Assembly: GCA_039028615.1 (NCBI GenBank)
Contig: JBCCHT010000034.1
Location: 1-64,000, forward strand
Direction of reading: 5' to 3'
Length of the DNA: 64,000 nt
From: Myxococcota bacterium
GTDB lineage: Bacteria; Myxococcota_A; Polyangia; Nannocystales; Nannocystaceae
A program made the position numbers and the translations under genes. Below the pieces are notes generated by a model. It saw only the letters and a list, made by a program, of their open reading frames with translations. It had not been told where the DNA came from and did not search any database. Positions 49,088-59,742 of the stretch are shown piece by piece. Numbering within the stretch: position 1 is the stretch's first letter; each line of letters begins with the position of its first letter.

Positions 49088-49879
49088 CTAGCGATTGCGG
49101 AGGGAGGCAGAGTTGCGGAGGTGGATGAGGCGCAGGCCCTCGAGGACCAGCGCGTCGTCGACCACGTCCACCGCGTCGGAGTCTTCGGCGATGACCGCCG
49201 CGAAGCCCCCCGTCGCGACGACGCGGCACGGCCAGGTCAGCTCGTCGCGGATGCGACCGATGAGGCCCTCGACCAGGCCGACGTAGCCGTAGACGAGGCC
49301 GGACTGAATCGCCCCCACCGTGTTGCGCCCCACCACCTTCTCGGGTCGGCTGACGTCGACGCGGGGGAGCTTGGCCGCCCGGGAGAACAACGCATCGGCC
49401 GCAATCCCGATGCCGGGGGCGATCACGCCGCCGAGATACTCGGGCTTGGGCGAGACCACGTCGAAGGTGGTCGCCGTTCCAAAATCGACCACCACGATGC
49501 CGTGGTCTTTCTCTGCGTGGCGTTCGTGGGCCGCGACCGCGGTGACGATGCGGTCGGCCCCGACGTCTTGGGGCGGGTCGTAGCGGATGGGCATGCCCGT
49601 GCGGATGCCGGGGCCGACCACGACCGGCTCGATGCCCACGTAGCGGACCAGAGCCTGGTGCAGCGGTCCGAGCACGGGCGGCACCACGCACGCTACGATC
49701 GCGCTGTCGAGCCCGCTGAAATCGAGTTCAGCCAGGTTCAGGGCCTGGCGCAGACCCACCGCGAGTTCGTCTCGGGTCCAGCCCCTGCGGGTGGCGAGGC
49801 GTAGCTCGCAGCGCAGCGAATCACCCTCGAAGACGCCCACCGTGGTGTGCGAGTTGCCGACGTCGACGGCTAGAAGCAT
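49088..49879 (-). CDS. coaX: Type III pantothenate kinase
   Basis: LLAVDVGNS, VGADR, VDFGTATTFD, GGVIAPG and VATGG. Confidence 0.95.
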   Translation of the reverse strand: MLLAVDVGNSHTTVGVFEGDSLRCELRLATRRGWTRDELAVGLRQALNLAELDFSGLDSAIVACVVPPVLGPLHQALVRYVGIEPVVVGPGIRTGMPIRYDPPQDVGADRIVTAVAAHERHAEKDHGIVVVDFGTATTFDVVSPKPEYLGGVIAPGIGIAADALFSRAAKLPRVDVSRPEKVVGRNTVGAIQSGLVYGYVGLVEGLIGRIRDELTWPCRVVATGGFAAVIAEDSDAVDVVDDALVLEGLRLIHLRNSASLRNR

Positions 49880-49932
49880 GCGTAGCCGCAACTGTACCCT
49901 CGGGCCCCGGGCATCTGCTACCGTACGCGTCG

Positions 49933-51774
49933 GTGGCCGAACGCGACGATGGCGACCGATCGGGGCCCTCCACGGGCGGATCGGAGCGCTCGACGGCGGG
50001 ACCGGAGTCCTCCATGAGCGCAGACAGCGAGGCGCCTGCGTCCTCACGTCCGGCGACCGACGTGCGCTACGGGGATCGAGCCGGAGCCTCGATGAGCAAT
50101 GCTGGGCAGCGCCGCGTCGTGGAACATGCGGGCCGGTACAACCAGCGCCGCATCACGCTGCCCGTCGCCAGCTGGTCGCTGCCCTTCCTCGCGATTCTCG
50201 CAATCGCCGCGCTGATCTTCCTCATCTCGTTCTGGCTCGACGTGCTCACGGCTGCGCTCGACGACCAGACCGGGGACGTCACCATGGCCGGCCTGTGGCG
50301 CTCGGTCCTGCACCAAGATCTCGAGCAGGCGCGCAACACCCTGGGCGGCCTCGGCGAGGTCATGGCCGCCGTGCTCGGCCTGGCCCTCACCGTCTCGAGC
50401 ATCATCGTCCAGCTCGCCGCCACTCGGTTCACGCCGCACATCACCTCGCTGTTCTTCCGCGCACGCACCAACCTGCTCGTCCTGGGCTTCTTCGTCACGT
50501 GCAACGTCTACGTGCTGTGGGTGAACTTCACGGTCGGCGAGTCCTACCTGCCGCACTGGGGCGTGCTGTTCTCCATGCTCCTGATGACGGCGAGCTTGCT
50601 GCTGCTGTTCCCCTACTTCGCCTACGTGTTCGACTTCCTCGATCCAGAGAAGATCGTGGGACGCATCATGGACGATGGCCTCGCCGCCGCGACCCCGATC
50701 AAGGGACGAGCCGCCGCCGCCATCGAGGCCCGCCAATTCCGCTCCGTCGCCGCCGTCGAGCACCTGGCCAACATCGGCCTCAACGCGCTCCAGCAAAAGG
50801 ACAAAGGCATCGCCTCCGACGCGGTCGACGCCCTGTGCGAGTTCGGGATCCGCTACGGCGAGACCAAGGCGGCCATGCGCCAGGACTGGCACCGCATCCC
50901 GCTGTGGAACCGCCAGAGCCCCGACTTCGTCAGCCTCTCCGAGCAGGCGGTGCGGGACCTGCGAAGGCGCACCACCTGGCTCGAGTGGAAGATCCTGCGG
51001 CAGTTCCAGATGCTCTTCGGCGAGGCGCTGGGGCAGATCAAGGACACCTGCTACCTGGTGGCGATCGACACCCGGCGGCTCGGTGAGGCCGCGGCCCACC
51101 GCGGCGACCTGCATGCCCTCGACCTGTCGATCAAGTTCTTCAACACCTACCTGCGCGCCACCATCAACGCGTCGGACATCCGCACCGCGTACAACATCCT
51201 GCACCAGTACCGACAGCTGGCCGAGCTCGTGCTCCAGCACGAGCCCGACGAGGTCCAGCCGGCCAGCGACGAGCGCATCGAGCAGCGCGCGCTGCAGATC
51301 GCCAAGTTCATGCGGTACTACAGCAACATCTGCTACCAGCGCGGGCTGACCTTCATCACCGAGGTCATCGCCCACGACGTGGGCACGCTGTGCAAGATCG
51401 CCTTCGAGCACGGCAACAACATCCACGACGAGCTGCTCGAGGTGTTCTTGGCCGTCGACGAGCACGCCGAGACCCACGAGCAGGAAAAGACGCTCCGCGG
51501 CGTGCGCCGAGCCCAGGTCAAGCTCGCCACCACGTACCTGGTGGAGGGCCGCGACGACCTCGCCCGCCGCATCGCGTTCGACATGGACGACGAGCCCAAG
51601 GAGCGCCTCAACGGGATCTGGACCGAGCTGCGCACCCTCGACACGGGCGAGTTCTGGGAGGTCAACGACCGCGGCTCGAACTTCGACTACCTGACGCCCA
51701 CGCAGAAGAGCAAGCTGCCCGAGTTCTTCGGCTGGTTCTCGGCGCTCGACTCGGACGTCGACGAAAACGACTGA
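49933..51774 (+). CDS. DUF2254-like membrane protein (start uncertain, possibly 50092)
   Basis: IIVQLAATRFTP, four TM helices, then a helical cytoplasmic domain. Confidence 0.75.
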   Translation: MAERDDGDRSGPSTGGSERSTAGPESSMSADSEAPASSRPATDVRYGDRAGASMSNAGQRRVVEHAGRYNQRRITLPVASWSLPFLAILAIAALIFLISFWLDVLTAALDDQTGDVTMAGLWRSVLHQDLEQARNTLGGLGEVMAAVLGLALTVSSIIVQLAATRFTPHITSLFFRARTNLLVLGFFVTCNVYVLWVNFTVGESYLPHWGVLFSMLLMTASLLLLFPYFAYVFDFLDPEKIVGRIMDDGLAAATPIKGRAAAAIEARQFRSVAAVEHLANIGLNALQQKDKGIASDAVDALCEFGIRYGETKAAMRQDWHRIPLWNRQSPDFVSLSEQAVRDLRRRTTWLEWKILRQFQMLFGEALGQIKDTCYLVAIDTRRLGEAAAHRGDLHALDLSIKFFNTYLRATINASDIRTAYNILHQYRQLAELVLQHEPDEVQPASDERIEQRALQIAKFMRYYSNICYQRGLTFITEVIAHDVGTLCKIAFEHGNNIHDELLEVFLAVDEHAETHEQEKTLRGVRRAQVKLATTYLVEGRDDLARRIAFDMDDEPKERLNGIWTELRTLDTGEFWEVNDRGSNFDYLTPTQKSKLPEFFGWFSALDSDVDEND

Positions 51775-51794
51775 GCCCGCCAAGAGGCGGGCTC
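51773..51794. terminator. Hairpin between convergent genes
   Basis: GAGCCCGCC-AAGA-GGCGGGCTC. Confidence 0.6.
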
Positions 51795-51820
51795 GAGAAG
51801 TGTGGAAGGGACGTCGCGGC

Positions 51821-52315
51821 TCAGCGAGGCCGGGTCGCGAAGTCGGACTCTCGCCGCGACGGACGCACGGGGCCCGTGGACCCCTGCAACCAACTGCGCT
51901 CGAGATAGGGACCCAACGCGCTCGACATGCGGGCGCGACTGCCCAGACGATCGAGGAAGCCCAACATGCCGTCGAGGTCCTCGACCTCGAAACACCCGGC
52001 TTCCACACCACCCCACTTCAACGCCGTCGCCACCCGCTGACCGGTGGTCGAACCCGAGAGCAACGCCACCTTCAAGGGTAGCTCTTGGCGCTCGTTGAGT
52101 TCGCACAGGTCATAGCGATGACTGACATTGGGGGGAGAGTCCCCCGGTGCGATGACGATGCAGGGCAGCTCGCGAGCACTCCGGGCCTCGCGTAGACACC
52201 TGCCCCAGTCGAAGTCGTCGATGGTCTCCGCTCGATGGACGATCACGAACACGTCATCGACGAATCCAAAGGAGATGGTCGCCAGATCCTCCACGTCTTT
52301 TGGTTTATTGGGCAC
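51821..52315 (-). CDS. Small STAS/SEC14-like hypothetical protein
   Basis: VFVIVH...PPNVSHR...KVALLS...RVATALKW pattern seen in myxobacteria. Confidence 0.5.
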   Translation of the reverse strand: MPNKPKDVEDLATISFGFVDDVFVIVHRAETIDDFDWGRCLREARSARELPCIVIAPGDSPPNVSHRYDLCELNERQELPLKVALLSGSTTGQRVATALKWGGVEAGCFEVEDLDGMLGFLDRLGSRARMSSALGPYLERSWLQGSTGPVRPSRRESDFATRPR

Positions 52316-52666
52316 GACTCACGCCTGCAACCGCCGTTCTGGCCCTGTTTAGGCACCATGCGCGGACCCTAAGATCGATCACCACAAAGGCGGTCCACAA
52401 CGGGTCCGCAATTTCTGCGCTCGATTCCTTCGCGGACGCCACGGAGATCGGTGGGCCCAACTGGATTCGACTGATGAACCCATCGAGATGATCAACATGG
52501 AAGACGGGCTACAAGGATGATCGGTGAAATAACGGTCAACAACGCTCGGGTTCGGTAGCGCCTCGGCCGCAACGATGGCGCTCGCCAAAACGCGCTCGAT
52601 CGATCGGCAGGACGACGAGCGATCCGTCGTGGATTCGCTGACGCGACGCCGTCGCGACCGCGAGGC

Positions 52667-53944
52667 TCAGCGGCGGCGATCGAAGCGCCCGACGTCGACG
52701 TTGAGTCCGAGGTACGGACCGGTCAGCGTGTAGTCGTTGGGCTCGCGCCAGGCCTCGCGCGTCACGAAGCGGTAGCCCGCGGCCATGCTGACCCGCGCCC
52801 AATCGGTGACGCGGAAGCCGACCTCGATGCCCGGCTCGAGACTCACCAAGCCGACCTTGTCGAGGCAGTGCGCTCGCCCGAAGGATCGCTTGTCCTTGGA
52901 GATGCAGGCCGCGCCCGCGCCCGCCAGGTGCTCGAGCGCCACGTGGACCACTCGCCCCTGGTAGAGGTTCCACGCCAGCAGCACCCCGCCGTAGGCCATG
53001 CGCAGGCCGAGCTCGCGACCGTTGCCGTCGACGATGGGCCCCGCGTAGCGAGCCGTCAGCGAGTAGAAGGCACCACCGATCGTCAGGCGATCGGCGAAGG
53101 TGAAGCCCACCCGAGCGCCCATGAGCGCGCTGGGGTTGTAGTTGGTGGTCGTCGCTCGCCCCGACCAACCGATGAAGCTCCGCACGGAGTGGTCGCGGTG
53201 GTGATGAGCATGATGGTGATGATGAGCCCGTCGCGGCGCCTCGACGCGCCGATAGACCGTGGTCACCACCACCGTCGACTGGGCCCGAGCATCACGCGAG
53301 TCGGCGGACGCGTCTTGCCCGTCTTCGTCGTCGCCCAGCATGTCGCGAGCCGTCGCGAGCACGACATCGCCGTCGGGCGAGCGCCCGGCGCTGCCCGGGG
53401 GAATTGGCGTCCCTGCGGGTGCAGGCGTGGCCAGACCCGCGGGCGGAGCCCCTCCCGGAGGAAGCGGAGCACTCCCGGGGGGCAGCGCAGCGCCGGCTCC
53501 GGGCGGCAGGGCAGCACCGCCACCGCCACCACCCGCGCCTCCTCCCGGCGGAGGCGGAGTCACGAGCCCGGCCGGCGGAGCACCACCCGGGGGCATCGGA
53601 GCACCACCGCCGGCTCCTCCGCCCGATGGCGGCGTACCGCCCGGAGGCGGCGTCACCAGACCCGACGGCGGAGCGCCTCCCGGAGGCGTCGCGGGATTCA
53701 GTGCCCCGGGTGCCGGAGCAGGAGCGGGAGCCGTGACCGTCGGCGCGGGCCCAGGTGCGGGGGCAGGCGCGAGCACGGTGCCCGACTCGTCGTCGTCTTC
53801 GTCCTTCGATTCGGACGGAGGCCCGGCAGGTCGAGGCGCGAGGGCTCCGGGATCGGGCGCGACGACGTTGCCGCTGACGGAGCCCGCCAGCATCAGCATC
53901 ATCAAGACTCCCGAACTAGAAAAGACCACGACCTCAGCAAACAT
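52667..53944 (-). CDS. Outer-membrane beta-barrel protein with a Pro/Gly-rich N-terminus and His-rich linker
   Basis: C-terminal alternating strands (GGAFY, MAYGG, LEPGIEVGF, AGYRFV), PPGG repeats and HHHHHAHHH. Confidence 0.7.
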   Translation of the reverse strand: MFAEVVVFSSSGVLMMLMLAGSVSGNVVAPDPGALAPRPAGPPSESKDEDDDESGTVLAPAPAPGPAPTVTAPAPAPAPGALNPATPPGGAPPSGLVTPPPGGTPPSGGGAGGGAPMPPGGAPPAGLVTPPPPGGGAGGGGGGAALPPGAGAALPPGSAPLPPGGAPPAGLATPAPAGTPIPPGSAGRSPDGDVVLATARDMLGDDEDGQDASADSRDARAQSTVVVTTVYRRVEAPRRAHHHHHAHHHRDHSVRSFIGWSGRATTTNYNPSALMGARVGFTFADRLTIGGAFYSLTARYAGPIVDGNGRELGLRMAYGGVLLAWNLYQGRVVHVALEHLAGAGAACISKDKRSFGRAHCLDKVGLVSLEPGIEVGFRVTDWARVSMAAGYRFVTREAWREPNDYTLTGPYLGLNVDVGRFDRRR

Positions 53945-54053
53945 TTTGCCGGAACGCGCGGGCTTCGACTACCCACTGTCGACGACCAAGGGATGAAATC
54001 ACGGCGTCCGTAGCGGCGCACCGACGCACCGACGCGGCGTCGAGCGACGACGC

Positions 54054-54560
54054 TCAGGCGTCGTCGTCGCCTGCACTGGGGAGCACGACGGCATCGAGCC
54101 CGACGATCGAATCGCCCACCGCCACCTCGAACAGCCCCGCGGGCAGCCAAAGCACGGCGTCGACGTCGGGGCCGGTCGCCCCGTACACCGGACACGCGTC
54201 GCAGGCTTGGGCACACGGTGCGCGCTCGAGCTCGACGGCGACGACGGTGGACTCGCGCACGAACACGAGGTCGACGGCGAGCTGCACGTCGCACAGCGTG
54301 ATGGCGGCGGGCCCGACCGCATCGGGCACCCACAGCAAGCCCTCGAGGTCGCAGGTTCGGCCGGCCCACGCGGTGGCACGCTGCTCCTCGGTCGTCGCCA
54401 GCTCGGCGGAGATCTCCGAGTCGGCCACCGTCAGCTCGACCCGGTTGCCTGCGCTCAGGTTGGGATCGGACTCCAAGCAGGCCAGCAGCGACGGCTCTCC
54501 GCACCCAAACAGCGCGAATACGCCCCAAAGCCCTCCAATTGCCGAACTCGGGCCGTGCAC
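54054..54560 (-). CDS. DUF192 family lipoprotein
   Basis: AELATTEEQR, GLLWV, DLVFV and CPVY. Confidence 0.7.
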   Translation of the reverse strand: MHGPSSAIGGLWGVFALFGCGEPSLLACLESDPNLSAGNRVELTVADSEISAELATTEEQRATAWAGRTCDLEGLLWVPDAVGPAAITLCDVQLAVDLVFVRESTVVAVELERAPCAQACDACPVYGATGPDVDAVLWLPAGLFEVAVGDSIVGLDAVVLPSAGDDDA

Positions 54561-54796
54561 GGACCCGAGCGTAGCATTGAGCGCAGAGCCCGCAATGTAG
54601 GTCGGGTGCGCTCTGTATGCTCCATGACGTTCACTTCATCGAAAACAATAAAAACGAACTTCAGTCGGAAAGAGCCCCACAAGGGGTGTCTGAGGATCGG
54701 GACATTGAGGCAAGGCCGTAGTCTCGTTCGCCGGGGGGGTGAACGGGACTGCGGCCTTCATTTTTGGTTCGACCCGAGGGGCGAACTCCGAGCGTC

Positions 54797-55384
54797 TCAC
54801 TTCTTCTTGTTGAGATACCCGGTGAAGCGCAGGCCGAACAGCCAGGCCTGGCCGAGGCGGCCGTCGGTGCGGATACGGGCGTCGTAGTTGGCCCCGAGCG
54901 CCATGCCCACGCGCTCGAAGAGCCGGAATTCGTAGCCGAGGCCCGCCGCACCGCCGATCGCGGGCGACATCGGGACCGAGGCGAGCGAGGGCACGTGGCT
55001 GCTCACTCCGACCGCCCCCAGCAGATAAAAGCCCTTGCCGAAGAACCGGCGGCCCACGAGGTCGGCGTTGAAGCTGCCCTTGTCCAGGGCCAGGTACGAC
55101 GTCCCGCCCACCGCCAGGCCCAGGGTGAAGCGATCGGTGATGCCTCCGCCGACCTCGAACTGGCTGCGCACGGCGGGCACGAAGGTCTGCGAGATCGCGA
55201 CCGTGCCCATCTGCACCGAGCCGCTGACGTTGATCCCCTTGCGGGGCTTCGTCTCGAGCTTGCCGATCAGCTTGGTGCGCTCGGCCTTGCCCCCGGCGAG
55301 CTGGAGACCGGCCGCCTGGGCCGAACACGGCACCAGCACGCACAACAGAGCAACAATGGAGAGTAAGAGGTAAGGCCGTCGCAT
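54797..55384 (-). CDS. Small outer-membrane beta-barrel protein
   Basis: Signal peptide, GLGYEF and terminal FGLRFTGY. Confidence 0.7.
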   Translation of the reverse strand: MRRPYLLLSIVALLCVLVPCSAQAAGLQLAGGKAERTKLIGKLETKPRKGINVSGSVQMGTVAISQTFVPAVRSQFEVGGGITDRFTLGLAVGGTSYLALDKGSFNADLVGRRFFGKGFYLLGAVGVSSHVPSLASVPMSPAIGGAAGLGYEFRLFERVGMALGANYDARIRTDGRLGQAWLFGLRFTGYLNKKK

Positions 55385-55466
55385 GGCGGCCCCTGAACGC
55401 CAGGGCGCGAGAAGGTCTTACAGCCGACTTGACCCACCCACGTGGGCGCGGCGTAATCCCCTCCAC

Positions 55467-56459
55467 GTGGCAGGTTCTTCCCGCAGCGCCGTCGTCATCG
55501 CCTTGCTCGGCAACGGTGGCCTGACCATCCTCAAGTTCGCGGCTTTTGCCTTCTCGGGCTCGGGCGCGATGTTCTCCGAGGCCATCCACTCGCTCGCCGA
55601 TACCGTCAACCAGGGGCTGCTGTTCGTGGGCATCCGCGGCAGCGAGAAGCCGGCCGACGCCCTGTTCCCCTACGGGTACGGGGCCGACCGCTACCTCTAC
55701 TCGTTGCTGTCGGCCGTGGGCATCTTCGTGCTCGGCTGCGGGGTGACCGTCTATCACGGCGTCCACCACCTCATTCACCCCCCGGAGCTGTCGCTGTCGT
55801 GGGTGCCGCTGGCCGTGCTCGGGGTCAGCTTCGTCGTGGAGGGCTCGGTGCTGCTCACCGCGGCCCGGGTCGTGTGGTCCAAGAAGGGTGACCTGACGTT
55901 GCTGCAGTACCTGCGCAGCACCAGCGATCCCACCGCTGCCGCCGTGCTGCTCGAAGACGCGGTCGCCTGCGCGGGCGTGCTGGTGGCCTTCGTGGGCATC
56001 GCCCTCGCCCAGATCACGGGCAACCCGGTCTTCGACGCCCTGGGAGCCATCATCATCGGGCTGATGCTCGGGGCGGTGGCCGTGTGGCTCGGCATCCGCA
56101 ACCGCGCCCTGCTGCTCGGGCCGGCCATCCCCCGCGACCTGCAGGCCAAGGTGGAGACCTTCTTGCGGGAGCTGCCCGAGGTCCAGCGAATCCGACGCGT
56201 CCGCACCCGCATCGTGGGCGCCGACCGCTTCCGCTTCCAGGCCGAGCTCGACTTCGACGGCCGCGTGCTCGGGGCCCGGCTCGCCCAGCTGGTGCACGAG
56301 CGCTACGCCGAGCTGGGAGACGAAGCCGCGCGCGAGAAGTTCGCCGCCGACTTCGGCGAGCAGCTGCTCGACGAGCTGGGCCGGGAGGTCGACCGCATCG
56401 AGGCCCAGCTCGGCGAGAAGTACCCGCGGCTGAAGTACGTCGACCTCGAAGCCGACTGA
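55467..56459 (+). CDS. Cation diffusion facilitator (ZnT9-like) transporter
   Basis: SGAMFSEAIHSLADTVNQ, FPYGYG and VLLED. Confidence 0.9.
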   Translation: MAGSSRSAVVIALLGNGGLTILKFAAFAFSGSGAMFSEAIHSLADTVNQGLLFVGIRGSEKPADALFPYGYGADRYLYSLLSAVGIFVLGCGVTVYHGVHHLIHPPELSLSWVPLAVLGVSFVVEGSVLLTAARVVWSKKGDLTLLQYLRSTSDPTAAAVLLEDAVACAGVLVAFVGIALAQITGNPVFDALGAIIIGLMLGAVAVWLGIRNRALLLGPAIPRDLQAKVETFLRELPEVQRIRRVRTRIVGADRFRFQAELDFDGRVLGARLAQLVHERYAELGDEAAREKFAADFGEQLLDELGREVDRIEAQLGEKYPRLKYVDLEAD

Positions 56460-56484
56460 GCGTTTCAGGCTCCACACGCACGAA

Positions 56485-56515
56485 GCCCGCGCGACGCGAG
56501 TGGCGTGGCGCGGGC
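56485..56515. terminator. Hairpin between convergent genes
   Basis: GCCCGCGC...GCGCGGGC. Confidence 0.45.
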
Positions 56516-56538
56516 CTCGGTTCGTCCGGGGGTTCGGC

Positions 56539-57126
56539 TCAGCTGGCCTTGAAGGACTTGCAGGCGGTGAGCATCGCGTCGACGTCGGCCTTGGCGAACG
56601 CCTGGCCCTTCTTGTCTTCGCAGTTGTACTTGGCGCCGTCGATCTCGAAGTTGGCGACGAAGTGGAACTCCGCCTTGCCCATGACCTCGGTCTCGTAGAC
56701 GAGCTCGGTCTCGTTCTCGGTCACGAAGCTCTTGAGCTTGTTGACGGTGTTGCCCTCGATCTCCTTCTTGCGAGCGGCGAGGTCGGCCGCCCCGGTGTTG
56801 ATCTGGAGCTGGAAGCTCTCGCCGGACTGCACCACGAAGGCACCGAAGTCCTCGGTCGCCTTCGCGCCCTCGGGAGCGTCGAGGATGCCGTCGAGGCCGA
56901 CGTCCTCGAGGTTGAGCGGAGCGAGCTTGACGGGCGCGGCCGGCTTGGCCTCGGCCTTGGCTTCGCCGCCGTCGGCCTTGGCATCGGCCTTGTCGTCGGC
57001 CTTCTTGTCGTCGCCCTTCTTTTTCGCGTCGGCCTTCTTGTCGTCGCCCTTCTTGTCACCCGAGTCACACGCGGGGGCCAGGGAGACCAAAAGCGAGAGC
57101 GCGAAGGATCCTGCGAGTCGTTTCAT
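56539..57126 (-). CDS. Lipoprotein with a K/D/A-rich linker
   Basis: Lipobox APAC and KKGDDKKAD repeats. Confidence 0.8.
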   Translation of the reverse strand: MKRLAGSFALSLLVSLAPACDSGDKKGDDKKADAKKKGDDKKADDKADAKADGGEAKAEAKPAAPVKLAPLNLEDVGLDGILDAPEGAKATEDFGAFVVQSGESFQLQINTGAADLAARKKEIEGNTVNKLKSFVTENETELVYETEVMGKAEFHFVANFEIDGAKYNCEDKKGQAFAKADVDAMLTACKSFKAS

Positions 57127-57181
57127 TGCGACCGCATGCTCGGAAAAACCGCGGCCGGCCGCAAGCCCCCCGAAAAAGTGC

Positions 57182-58606
57182 TCAGGCGAGCACGACCAGG
57201 ACGTACAGCGTGGCCAGGGCCAGCTGGACCAGCGCATAGGGCAGCGCCTTGGCCACGAACCCGGCAAACGACACCTTGAGGTCGTTCTTGTGCATGATCG
57301 TGACCGCGACCAGCGTGGAGGCCGAGCCGATCGGCGTGAGGTTGCCGCCCAAGTTCGCCCCGAACACCACCGACCACCACAGCGGGGAATCGGAGGGTTT
57401 GTCGAGGGCCTGGAGGATCTTGGCGAGCATCGCGGCGAGCGGAATGTTGTCGGTCACCGAGGAGAACCCGGCCGCGGCCACGAGGATGAGCCCGGTGCCC
57501 GCCGTCTCGCCCAGGTCGATGATCACCGCGAGCCCCTGGCCGATGAGGGTGAGCACCTGCGCGTGCTCCATCACGTTGATGACCACGAAGAGCCCCGCGA
57601 AGAAGCCCAGCAGGTCCCAGTCGATGGCCTTATAGAAGGTATCGACCGAGGACTTGTAGCGGGCCAGCATGATGACCGCGAAGGTCATCGCCACGTAGCC
57701 CATGCCCAGCTCGGAGATGTAGGGCAGCACCGAGGTCGTGGCGATGACCACGATGAAGGCCCCGAGCATGGCCACGCCGAACCAGAAGAAGCCCTGGCTC
57801 TCGATGCCGTCGTTCTCGTCGAAGCCGGAGACCAGCCTGGCCGCTTCCGCGCGCTCCTCGTCGTTGGCGAGCCGACGGATGCGGAACAGCCGAGCCCCCA
57901 TCAGCAGGGTGACCACGGTGGCCACGACCACGAAGGGCGCCGCGTTGATGAAGAAATCGACGAACGAGATGCCAGCCGCCGTGCCCACGATGATGTTCGG
58001 CACCGAAGAGATCAGCGTGAGCAGGCCCCCGATGTTGGTCAGCAGCCCCTCCACGAGCAGGAAGCCCAGCAGCTGCGACTCGCGGCCGAGCTTGCGCAGC
58101 GAGACCCCGGTCAACGAGCCCACGATGATCATCGCGGTCACGTTGTTGAGCACCGCGGAGAAGATCACGGTCATCAGGCCGTAGAACCACAGCAGCTTGA
58201 CCGGGTCGCCACCGCTGGCCTTGGTCAGCCGGATGGCGATCCAGGTGAACAGGCCCGACTTGGAGGTCACGTCCACGAACAGGCTCGACCCCAGGATGAT
58301 GGCGATGACCCCCCAGTCGATGGCCGGGATGTAGATGGGGATCGTCAGCCGCTCGTGGAAGACGTGGACCTCGGCCGTGCCGGGGATCAGCTGGAAGATC
58401 GAGCCCAGCAGCAGGCAGATCGCCGCAAAGACGCCCACGATGAACGACTTCTTGGCGTGGATCTTCTCCTCGAGAGCGAGACAGAGGATGAGCCCCACCA
58501 AGATCGCGGCGAAGATCAGCGTGGTGCTGGTCTCGACGGCATGGCCGCCGCCGCTGGCGAGCAAAGAGGGCACGGACGCGAGCAGAGATGACGGGTTCGC
58601 GATCAC
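57182..58606 (-). CDS. SLC13/ArsB/NhaD (IT superfamily) permease
   Basis: SAVLNNVT, NIGGLLTLISSVPNII, DNIP and GANLGGNLTPIGS. Confidence 0.9.
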   Translation of the reverse strand: MIANPSSLLASVPSLLASGGGHAVETSTTLIFAAILVGLILCLALEEKIHAKKSFIVGVFAAICLLLGSIFQLIPGTAEVHVFHERLTIPIYIPAIDWGVIAIILGSSLFVDVTSKSGLFTWIAIRLTKASGGDPVKLLWFYGLMTVIFSAVLNNVTAMIIVGSLTGVSLRKLGRESQLLGFLLVEGLLTNIGGLLTLISSVPNIIVGTAAGISFVDFFINAAPFVVVATVVTLLMGARLFRIRRLANDEERAEAARLVSGFDENDGIESQGFFWFGVAMLGAFIVVIATTSVLPYISELGMGYVAMTFAVIMLARYKSSVDTFYKAIDWDLLGFFAGLFVVINVMEHAQVLTLIGQGLAVIIDLGETAGTGLILVAAAGFSSVTDNIPLAAMLAKILQALDKPSDSPLWWSVVFGANLGGNLTPIGSASTLVAVTIMHKNDLKVSFAGFVAKALPYALVQLALATLYVLVVLA

Positions 58607-58615
58607 GGGTCGTTC

Positions 58616-59476
58616 CTACAGCATGAGCAGCGGGATCTCGCGGAGCTCGACGGCGATGGGATGCGCCATGCCGTGCATGGCCATCTGGTCTTCGTCGCGC
58701 GTGTGCAGGGCCAGCACGTCGACGTCGTGCTCGCTCACCAGCCGCTTGTAGTCGGCCAGGCGGTGGCCCATGGTCACGATCTCGTCGATCTTGACCCGGG
58801 CGCCGGCCTTGGACAGCTCGGTGCGGCACGACTGGATGTAGTCGTGGGGCTCCTTGAGCAGCTGCTCGTGGATCGTCCGCCGGGCGATGCTCGTCTCGAG
58901 GGCCGGGATCTTGGAGATCACGTCGATCATGCGCTCGTAGGCGACTTCGTCCTCGACGTGGGTGAGCAGCAAGTGCCCGTCGTTCTCGGCGATCTTCACC
59001 GCCCAGTTCACCAAGCGGTCGTCGCCCGCGAGGTGATCGGTGACCGCCATGACCCGGGCCGTGCCGCGCTCGGCGAGCTGCTCGGGCGCCTGCTCGTTGG
59101 GGTTGGGGCAGACCAACACCGGGGCGCTGACGACCTGGGTGAGCACGTCGAGCGACTCGCCGAGGCTATGAGGCCAGCGCCAGCCGTCGGAGTGCAGGTT
59201 GCGATACGAGCACACCAGCTGGGGCTGCGCCGCCTCGACCCGCTCGAGCAGCTCGCCGGGGCTGCGGAAGTCGCTGCCCGTCAGCAACGGCCACTGCACG
59301 TCGCCGACCGAGCCGGCCCCGCTGAGGATCTTCTGCACCGCGCTCTTGAAGCGGCCCGCCCCTTCGGCGTCTTGATCGCTGACCACCAGCACCGTGGTCA
59401 GGTCGACGTCCTCGGGGACGAACACGGGCTTGGCAGCCGAACGAAATACACTCTCGAACTGGTCGACGTTGGTCAT
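58616..59476 (-). CDS. Tandem universal-stress-protein-like domain protein
   Basis: Two USP-like halves (VLVVSD...PVLVCP and VMAVTD...HDVDVLAL...IPLLML); co-oriented with the permease. Confidence 0.6.
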   Translation of the reverse strand: MTNVDQFESVFRSAAKPVFVPEDVDLTTVLVVSDQDAEGAGRFKSAVQKILSGAGSVGDVQWPLLTGSDFRSPGELLERVEAAQPQLVCSYRNLHSDGWRWPHSLGESLDVLTQVVSAPVLVCPNPNEQAPEQLAERGTARVMAVTDHLAGDDRLVNWAVKIAENDGHLLLTHVEDEVAYERMIDVISKIPALETSIARRTIHEQLLKEPHDYIQSCRTELSKAGARVKIDEIVTMGHRLADYKRLVSEHDVDVLALHTRDEDQMAMHGMAHPIAVELREIPLLML

Positions 59477-59742
59477 GGCCCGCTCGCGGCGGGAGTATAC
59501 AAGCCCGCAAACCCGCCGAACGCGCAGGTTTACGGGGCTCTACGCCGACAATGGACCGACACGGTTCCGCGGCCAAACGAAAAACCGGCGAGCTCGGATC
59601 AGACCCAAGGGCAGAGGGTCTGAGCCGCGACTCGCCGGCGCCTCACTTCACTCATCGTTGGGCCCGAGGGGTCGACGCGGCATCGGGACCACGTCGACCC
59701 GTCGGGCCTCAGGCCAAGGTCAGGCCAATCTCCGAACCAATC

